This document shows positions 57,678 to 64,000 of a DNA stretch of 64,000 bases, in pieces. Under the pieces are notes generated by a model. It saw only the letters and a program-made list of their open reading frames with translations. It was not told the origin of the DNA and did not search any database. Source of the DNA: an uncultured virus (IMG/VR IMGVR_UViG_3300021960_000053) (taxonomy: Duplodnaviria > Heunggongvirae > Uroviricota > Caudoviricetes); IMG/VR virus record IMGVR_UViG_3300021960_000053, positions 1-64,000 of that record. The stretch is one strand, 5' to 3'. A program made the translations under genes and the position numbers. The number at the start of each line of letters is the position of its first letter. Position 1 is the stretch's first letter.

Positions 57678-58729
57678 TACTCAACTTCACACGCTTTAGT
57701 GTATAGGGAACCAAAAAGTGTTTTGACTTTAGACTTGTCAATCTCCACTTCTGCTTCTTCAATATATCTATTCAAAATAGAAATAGTGTTTTCTTCTTCG
57801 CTGATTTCGGATTCTTCTCCATGCAACCAACCTTGGTTGTAATCAAAGTTCTCGATGATCTTTAATTCTTCAACACCAACGGTGTAAAGTTTATCAATAA
57901 ATTTCTCAAAATCTTTGGGTTTAGTTTTCTTACGAACGATTACCTTTACAATTTTACCAGCATATTCTGCTGCATTGAACATCTGATGGGGAGTATCCTC
58001 ATAGTAGATGTTATAGAACATGTGGTTAGGATTATCAACTGGGGTCAACTCATATGACTCAGTATCAAAGATATGAAATCCTCTGGGATCGTTGACATCA
58101 TTCCAATACAGTTCGTAAGGATTTCCGAGATAGAAGATCTGACCATCACTACTACGAGTGTGATAGTGTCCAGAAAAGACACGATCAAACTTTCTCAAGT
58201 AATCTGCTTCATATCCACGATCTTGAGTGAAGCCACGATAAGCAGCAAACCCGTTCAATTCAAGGTGACCAACCGCAACCTTTGCCTTACTCTTCTTAAT
58301 GGCATTCATTGTCTGCTGTTCATTTTCCTTGTTAATCCAAGCAATGAAAGCAAACTTAGTTCCACCAATTACATGTTCGGCATAGTCAGTGATAGGGACG
58401 ATATTATCATACTCTCGTAAAAGTAAATCAACTGTGTTAACTGAGTTATTGTTTTTGTAGTAGGCAGTGTGATTACCCACAACAGTGTACACAGTAATTC
58501 CCATATCGCGGAGACGGTTGTAGTAATTCTCTTTAGCCCATTTAAGAGACCAGAGATCAATGCTTCTCCTATTGTCGAAAGTATCGCCCATATCGATAAC
58601 AGTTGTGATACCTTCTCGATCAAGCGTAGGAAAAAAAGTCCCATCGTAGAATTTTGCAAAGTAGTCATGAAAGAGTTTGCTACCCTTTCTTGCTCCAAAA
58701 TGTTGATCAGTGATGATTGCGATTTTCAT
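57677..58729 (-). CDS. gp47: Recombination endonuclease subunit (T4 gp47, Mre11-like)
   Basis: TDQHFG, GDTFD, GNH, GHLE, SGHYH. Confidence 0.96.
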   Translation of the reverse strand: MKIAIITDQHFGARKGSKLFHDYFAKFYDGTFFPTLDREGITTVIDMGDTFDNRRSIDLWSLKWAKENYYNRLRDMGITVYTVVGNHTAYYKNNNSVNTVDLLLREYDNIVPITDYAEHVIGGTKFAFIAWINKENEQQTMNAIKKSKAKVAVGHLELNGFAAYRGFTQDRGYEADYLRKFDRVFSGHYHTRSSDGQIFYLGNPYELYWNDVNDPRGFHIFDTESYELTPVDNPNHMFYNIYYEDTPHQMFNAAEYAGKIVKVIVRKKTKPKDFEKFIDKLYTVGVEELKIIENFDYNQGWLHGEESEISEEENTISILNRYIEEAEVEIDKSKVKTLFGSLYTKACEVE

Positions 58730-58841
58730 CTTCAGTACCTTTTTCTAAATCACGAAGTCTTTTACGCCAGTATTCATTTTCATTATCAGTCTCACGCTCT
58801 TCTGCTTCATCAAACATGTAGTCTGGATAAGGTTGGGTCAT
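58707..58841 (-). CDS. Hypothetical protein, 44 aa (MTQPYPDYMFDE...)
   Basis: Manual ORF, ATGA-coupled to gp55. Confidence 0.5.
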   Translation of the reverse strand: MTQPYPDYMFDEAEERETDNENEYWRKRLRDLEKGTEDENRNHH

Positions 58842-59311
58842 CGACTTGTCCTGTACTGAATGTTGTCTTTGATCGTATTATAGTCACTTGCCATGCCGTT
58901 TGCACCATCTTCAACAACCATTACTTGATCATAACCAGTTCTCTCAATAATTTTGGTTTTGATTTCTAACTGCTTCTTCTCCTTTTGGATTCTACGAAGG
59001 AAAGCATAGTAAATGATCTGAGTAAAATATGCAAACGGGTTATTAGATTTCTCAGGATCAAAATTATGTATGTACTGAACGCAGTTCTCAATTCCATCAC
59101 CGATCATATCCTCTCTGAACATGTAGTTCACGAAGTTGGGTTTGTATGAAAGGTGTGTTGCGATCTTCAAAAAACAATCGCCCAAATAGTTACTGATCGG
59201 AGGTGGTGGAGTACCCTTTTCCTTTGCTTTCCTGCACTTGATGCGATACTCCACCATTGCGTCTAGCAAGTCTTTGTTATTTACATAGTGCTCCGATCTC
59301 TTTTTGGGCAT
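58838..59311 (-). CDS. gp55: Late-transcription sigma factor (T4 gp55)
   Basis: HYVNN, NFVNY..EDMI.DGIE, NPFAYFTQI. Confidence 0.95.
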   Translation of the reverse strand: MPKKRSEHYVNNKDLLDAMVEYRIKCRKAKEKGTPPPPISNYLGDCFLKIATHLSYKPNFVNYMFREDMIGDGIENCVQYIHNFDPEKSNNPFAYFTQIIYYAFLRRIQKEKKQLEIKTKIIERTGYDQVMVVEDGANGMASDYNTIKDNIQYRTSR

Positions 59312-59425
59312 ATTGTGTGTTAATTCGTGTATACATTATAGCACAGCTTGACAAAGGTGTCACTCATGAGTAGAATAACTTTGTCGAAGTTCAGAGAAAC
59401 TATAGCTTAGCTTTAATCTTTAAGA

Positions 59426-59863
59426 TTATACATGAGTAGCAATCCCTGCTTTCGGGTCTTGCTCCAGTTTAAATAGAGATTCTAATTTTTCTTTTGCTTT
59501 TGTTACATTACCTAAGTAACCCATCTTTTCGGAGGGTCTTACTCTTTTACCACCTACGGATCTGATTCCACCACTTGTTCTATCTTCAGCTTGATCAATA
59601 AGATAGTTAATGTAGTAGTCAACCATATCATTGTCTTCATCAACTTCTGTCATTGTGATGACTTTATCTTTATCGATGAAGAAAAACTGATCGTTTGGAA
59701 CATGCATCCATGGTTCCACTCTAATATAAGAACCCCTAGGTCCATGAACAGGTTGAATACAAACTGGATCTTGCAGGATCAGGGTATGTTCTTCTGCAGA
59801 AGTAATTGCAAATAACTCTTCTCCAGAGACCAACTTTATACTTGCGTAAAACTCTTCAGTCAT
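59426..59863 (-). CDS. Conserved hypothetical protein (IKLVSGEE, Sm-like)
   Basis: Position between uvsW and gp55. Confidence 0.75.
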   Translation of the reverse strand: MTEEFYASIKLVSGEELFAITSAEEHTLILQDPVCIQPVHGPRGSYIRVEPWMHVPNDQFFFIDKDKVITMTEVDEDNDMVDYYINYLIDQAEDRTSGGIRSVGGKRVRPSEKMGYLGNVTKAKEKLESLFKLEQDPKAGIATHV

Positions 59864-61329
59864 TCTTTTTTCCTCAGATTGATGGTTACCATGTCATAAT
59901 GAAATTTCTCTTCGTTGTAAATTTTTATGCGTTCGATGAGATGATTCAATGTGTAATTTCTTTTTGATCTGTAGGTGCAGTCATCTGCAATGTCGTATAA
60001 AGTTGCACTAAACTTATTTGCACCTTTTCTTAGCACTCTCCCAATTGATTGGAGATTTCTTATCCTTGATTTTGAAGGAGAGGCAAAGATTACATTGTGT
60101 AAATTCTTGATGTTGATGCCTGTGGAAAATGTTCCGTAAGAGGCAACAATGATGGAGTTTTTTTCGTTTTCGATAATGGAACGGGCTAGTTCTCTGTCCT
60201 CAACATCGACCCCTCCATGAATAAAGAAGACCTTTCGATTGGTCTCAATATTTGTATTTATTAAATCGAAAAGTACCCTACCATGATCTTCGACTCTGTT
60301 AAACAAAACGAGAGTATTACCTGGGAGATCAATAGCAAGATTTTTAATGAAGTTGTTTCTTTGTTCATGCTTAATCAAGTATTCGATTTCATCTAGATAG
60401 GAATCAAAAACTCTCTCATCATGCTTAAGTAAAAGGATCTTTGCATTGAGTTTTGCAAGGTATCCCTTATTCATTAATTCTTCTGTACGAATCAATTTAT
60501 AAGATGGACCAAACAGTCCTTCTAACACCCATTTATGAGTTTGAGTTCCATCAAGAGTTCCAGTAAAACCAAAACGATATTTTGCTTGATGTAACTTTGT
60601 CATGATCTGTGTCAAAGACTTTGCTTTGAACAGGTGTGCTTCATCACCAATGACTACATTAAATCTTTCAAAGTAACTCTTTTCTAACTTATAGATAGAT
60701 TGCCAAGTAGTAATAACGACAGGTGCTTTTGCCTCTCGTTCACGACCAGCATAAATCTTATGGCAATACGATGAAGCGTCCCATCCATACTCCTCAAAGT
60801 CCTTATACATCTGCTCTACCAGAGATGTCGTTGGAACAACTAGGAGGATATTTTGTTTGCGCTCTGTATAGTACCTCACGATTGAGTAAATCATCAAAGA
60901 TTTGCCAGAGGCTGTTGGGCTTATCACTAACCTTCTATTGTGTCTTAGAGCACCGTATACTCCCTCTATTTGATAGTCTCTCGGAGGATGCTTAGCAATA
61001 GACTTCATGTAGTCTTTGACTCCTTCCTTAGAGATAAATTCATTCTCTTCATAAGGAGTTCCGTAGAACTTACTATCAACAAACTCATATTCATATCCAT
61101 GCCTCTGACAGAAAGAGACAAGTTTATCTAACAGACCAACATATAATTCTCTGGTGTGAGTAGAGAACAATCTAATCTTTCCATCCCAATATCTTTTACG
61201 ATACTGGTTCATGTACTTTGCTCCTTCGATATCAAAGGAGAAGTGATCTGCTAGTTCCTGATAGACATGAGGTTCTGATTCAATCTTCAGATAAACCTCA
61301 TTCTTTTTGGATATGACAAGTTTGCTCAT
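59860..61329 (-). CDS. uvsW: SF2 helicase UvsW
   Basis: PTASGKS, DEAH, TGT, QSIGRVLR. Confidence 0.96.
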   Translation of the reverse strand: MSKLVISKKNEVYLKIESEPHVYQELADHFSFDIEGAKYMNQYRKRYWDGKIRLFSTHTRELYVGLLDKLVSFCQRHGYEYEFVDSKFYGTPYEENEFISKEGVKDYMKSIAKHPPRDYQIEGVYGALRHNRRLVISPTASGKSLMIYSIVRYYTERKQNILLVVPTTSLVEQMYKDFEEYGWDASSYCHKIYAGREREAKAPVVITTWQSIYKLEKSYFERFNVVIGDEAHLFKAKSLTQIMTKLHQAKYRFGFTGTLDGTQTHKWVLEGLFGPSYKLIRTEELMNKGYLAKLNAKILLLKHDERVFDSYLDEIEYLIKHEQRNNFIKNLAIDLPGNTLVLFNRVEDHGRVLFDLINTNIETNRKVFFIHGGVDVEDRELARSIIENEKNSIIVASYGTFSTGINIKNLHNVIFASPSKSRIRNLQSIGRVLRKGANKFSATLYDIADDCTYRSKRNYTLNHLIERIKIYNEEKFHYDMVTINLRKKE

Positions 61330-61331
61330 AC

Positions 61332-61757
61332 TTACCCCGCACGGAAATTGTGCCAATCAATGATGTTCTTGATCAAATATCCTCTGTTGCTAACCTGTTT
61401 GATAATATCTTCCAGGTATGTCAACATGACATCGTAGTATTTGATTTTTAGAGTAGCAGCTTGCACCTTCTCGTCTGCTGCCATATACCGCTGAACAGCA
61501 TCTTTCTCCCTTACTTTATAGGGAAACGGATCGTCCACATATACTTCTGGATTTGCTTTACCTGTGTAGTAAAGGTGACGCTCTAACTTAATTTTATTTT
61601 CTACTGTCGTTGCTCTTTCTCGCAGTAGTTTTATGTTATTATAGAGGTCGAAATACTTTGCGTGTAAGGATGGTATCTTTGCAGATTCTTCATGTAAATT
61701 ATCTTGATCAATCTGTGAGTCTTTCTCCCACATACTTTGTATAGTTTCAAGATTCAT
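61332..61757 (-). CDS. uvsY: Recombination mediator UvsY
   Basis: LHAKY, YYTGK, NRGY.IKN.IDW. Confidence 0.93.
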   Translation of the reverse strand: MNLETIQSMWEKDSQIDQDNLHEESAKIPSLHAKYFDLYNNIKLLRERATTVENKIKLERHLYYTGKANPEVYVDDPFPYKVREKDAVQRYMAADEKVQAATLKIKYYDVMLTYLEDIIKQVSNRGYLIKNIIDWHNFRAG

Positions 61758-61760
61758 AAA

Positions 61761-62291
61761 TTAAGTTTCCACTTCAATGGTATAGAACAGATACTTAAAA
61801 GTAACGGTTGCTGTAAAGTATGTATAATCCTGATCAGTGGCAGTAAATTCAAGAGCACTCAAAGAAATAGGAAACAAGTCTCTGAACTTTACGCGAGCAC
61901 TAACATTAAAATTACTGTTTAGGATAGCGAGTGTTCCGTCACTAAATTGCTCTTTAACATCCTTTTGTCCCTGAGCATTGGTAATTAATTCTTGAAACTC
62001 AGAAACACTCTCTGGATATCCAAGACCATAAATCCAGTTATGAATCTCTAAGTAATTTTCCAAGTCTTCATCAACAATAAACTGGAGAGTCAGATCTTCA
62101 AACTGAATATTATCCCCAGGCAAATCAATTGCTTTGAGATAATTTCCTACCTTAATATTTCCAAGTTGGATACCAGGAATCTTTGCACTGTTGGAAAAGA
62201 AATCAACCTTTGGTGTCTTTACAATGTTAAATTTAAATCCAACTGGCGACAAGTAATTCTTGTTCGCAATTTGTTTACCTAAAAATGACAT
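61761..62291 (-). CDS. gp3: Tail completion/sheath stabilizer (T4 gp3)
   Basis: NYLSP.GF, F.VDEDL.NY.EIHNW, FP.SLS.L.F. Confidence 0.88.
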   Translation of the reverse strand: MSFLGKQIANKNYLSPVGFKFNIVKTPKVDFFSNSAKIPGIQLGNIKVGNYLKAIDLPGDNIQFEDLTLQFIVDEDLENYLEIHNWIYGLGYPESVSEFQELITNAQGQKDVKEQFSDGTLAILNSNFNVSARVKFRDLFPISLSALEFTATDQDYTYFTATVTFKYLFYTIEVET

Positions 62292-62293
62292 GA

Positions 62294-62938
62294 TTACCTC
62301 GCTGTTCTAACATATACTTTTCTCTTACCATATTGTGTAGGTGTGAGATTTGGATCACCAGTGACCTGTCTTGCAGTAGCTCTCATTAAATCATAACTAG
62401 TGCTTTTGTTAACTTCACCTGCAGGACCAAAATTACCAGTATCCCTCACAGTTGCATTTGTAACTCTGGTATTTGCACCAGTTGGTTTTTGTGTGAACTG
62501 TAACTTGGTTCCAAAATCTTGAGACGGAGTTCCTGCCCATGTACCTGCAGGAACTTCATTTGCTTTATATCTGTAAGGAACTGCAACGCCAGTTGTTGCA
62601 CCTGTAAATGGAGTTCCGTCAGCAGTTCTTTGGACTTTATCTGCGCCAGTGTTATATCCTTGTGAAGTTGTATCTTTTGGACCGTAAGAACTGGTACTGA
62701 CAGGTTTCCATCCATATCTTTCTGCTTCTGCGGGAGTATGTGCCCTTGGAGTAAACTTATTAGTGCTCTTATCTAATACTCCAGGTTTATAATTTTTATA
62801 TGCTAAAACATTTGTATTAGCAGGTTTTGGTTTTGTTGCAGCAGATCTGTCAGCACCAGATATTTTATTCCATGCCCAAGTAAATGGGTTTCCTTCTACC
62901 AGAGCAGCATCTTCTCTGAATTGACGAAAGGTTTTCAT
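62294..62938 (-). CDS. Late protein with capsid-targeting-like N-terminus and possible DPBB (RlpA/3D-like) domain
   Basis: MKTFRQFRE; VAVP..FGT..VRDTG..YDL. Confidence 0.5.
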   Translation of the reverse strand: MKTFRQFREDAALVEGNPFTWAWNKISGADRSAATKPKPANTNVLAYKNYKPGVLDKSTNKFTPRAHTPAEAERYGWKPVSTSSYGPKDTTSQGYNTGADKVQRTADGTPFTGATTGVAVPYRYKANEVPAGTWAGTPSQDFGTKLQFTQKPTGANTRVTNATVRDTGNFGPAGEVNKSTSYDLMRATARQVTGDPNLTPTQYGKRKVYVRTAR

Positions 62939-62968
62939 CTACACTAGGCGTCTTAATTATATTTAGAT

Positions 62969-62995
62969 AAAAAAAGAGGGTCCTTTCGGACCCTC
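62969..62995 (-). terminator. Terminator after gp23
   Basis: GAGGGTCC-GAAA-GGACCCTC-TTTTTTT. Confidence 0.9.
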
Positions 62996-63029
62996 GGAGA
63001 CTTCCTTCACACGGATGTCTATTATAACA

Positions 63030-64000
63030 TCACATGAGGTTCTTAACAACAGTACGCTGGTAGTAGCGGTTGCTGTTGGAGGTGATACGACCAAGACCCT
63101 GGTTAGAAACATTACCCTCAGCGAAGGGGTTGGAGACAAGACCATAACGGGTCTTGAAGCCAATCTTGGGCTGGAAGCTGTTCTCACCGACGGCACGAAC
63201 CATCTGGAGGGGAACATAGGGGCAGTAGAAGAGACCAGCGTCATAGGGGCTGGAACCCTTGTAACCGACAACATAGTACTGGTTAGCAGCACTGTTGGCA
63301 GAGAAGGGATCGATATAGACTCTGTACTTACCGTTGATAGTACCAGCGAAGGTATTACCAGTGTCGTCAACCTGCAGGTTGGCGTTCAGAGCGGGGGTGT
63401 AATCGAGTACACCAGCCATGGTCAGAGCAGAGGCGACATCAGCGGAGGTCATGATGATGTTGCCCTTTCCTCTACGAGTTCTTTGGGCGATTCTGTTAGC
63501 ATCTCTCTCGATGTTGAACAGCAGACCCTTGAACTTCTCAACAGACCAACGACCGTTGGAGTCAACATCCAGGTCGAAGAATCCTTGGTTAGCAACATTG
63601 ACCTGAGAACCAGCTTCAGCGGTCTTATAGATGGTTCTGATGACTTCGCGGTTGATCTCAGCCAGGATCTCGCTGGACAGGATGTTAGCGAGTTCGGCTT
63701 CAGCGTTCAGACCGTGGATAGCACGGAGGTCCTGAGCCAGCTCCATGCTGTACTCAGCTTTCAGAGCACGAGACTTAGCGGTAACGGTGACCTTCTCGAT
63801 CGAGAATGCCATCTCGTTGAAGTTGGTGCCGTTGCCGTCACCCAGAGCTTCAGAGTCGCCAGTTGCGAAACCTTGACCAACGCTGTACTGAGCTTGAACA
63901 GCATCAGAAGCGGTGCCTTCCAGGATACCAGGGTTGGTGCCACGCTGAGTAGCGGTAGAACCGAAACCAACAGCCAGACCGTCATCGGTAGCAGCGGTGT
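63030..64000 (-). CDS. gp23: Major capsid protein (5' part beyond window)
   Basis: SRALKAEY..ELAQDL.AIHG, EINREV, YCPYVPL, FQPKIGFKTRYG. Confidence 0.98.
   Translation of the reverse strand, partial: TAATDDGLAVGFGSTATQRGTNPGILEGTASDAVQAQYSVGQGFATGDSEALGDGNGTNFNEMAFSIEKVTVTAKSRALKAEYSMELAQDLRAIHGLNAEAELANILSSEILAEINREVIRTIYKTAEAGSQVNVANQGFFDLDVDSNGRWSVEKFKGLLFNIERDANRIAQRTRRGKGNIIMTSADVASALTMAGVLDYTPALNANLQVDDTGNTFAGTINGKYRVYIDPFSANSAANQYYVVGYKGSSPYDAGLFYCPYVPLQMVRAVGENSFQPKIGFKTRYGLVSNPFAEGNVSNQGLGRITSNSNRYYQRTVVKNLM

Noticed and set aside
62963..63370. 135-aa ORF overlapping the gp23 end
   Set aside because: Out-of-frame shadow of the codon-biased capsid gene that runs through its terminator.

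Overview
A 64-kb stretch of a T4-like marine cyanomyovirus (Kyanoviridae-type) genome; psbA+psbD and six tRNAs suggest a Synechococcus host. Essentially all genes lie on the minus strand. In transcription order: the 3' part of major capsid gp23, gp3, uvsY/uvsW, gp55, gp47/46, cobT-like/cobS, pebS, the replisome (gp45, gp44, gp62, regA, hsp20, gp43, uvsX, gp41, gp61), mazG, probable internal head proteins, nrdAB, a tRNA cluster interleaved with 2OG-Fe(II) oxygenases, a ~10-kb glycan biosynthesis locus (gmd, sugar C-methyltransferase, fcl, GT11, GT6 and other GTs), and a photosynthesis/stress block (porin-like gene, two hli, petF, peroxiredoxin, flavin halogenase, psbA, psbD partial). Most notable unannotated structures: (1) three AT-rich nuclease genes stacked behind gp44, with diverged copies of the gp44 3' end (MVECKFK*) at two junctions; (2) a ROSE-like RNA thermometer before hsp20; (3) RpaB/HLR1-like sites at the psbA and hli promoters; (4) tRNA-punctuated oxygenase genes; (5) repeated promoter architectures and late-promoter sRNA candidates. 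All calls are from motif recognition by eye; no database searches were run.
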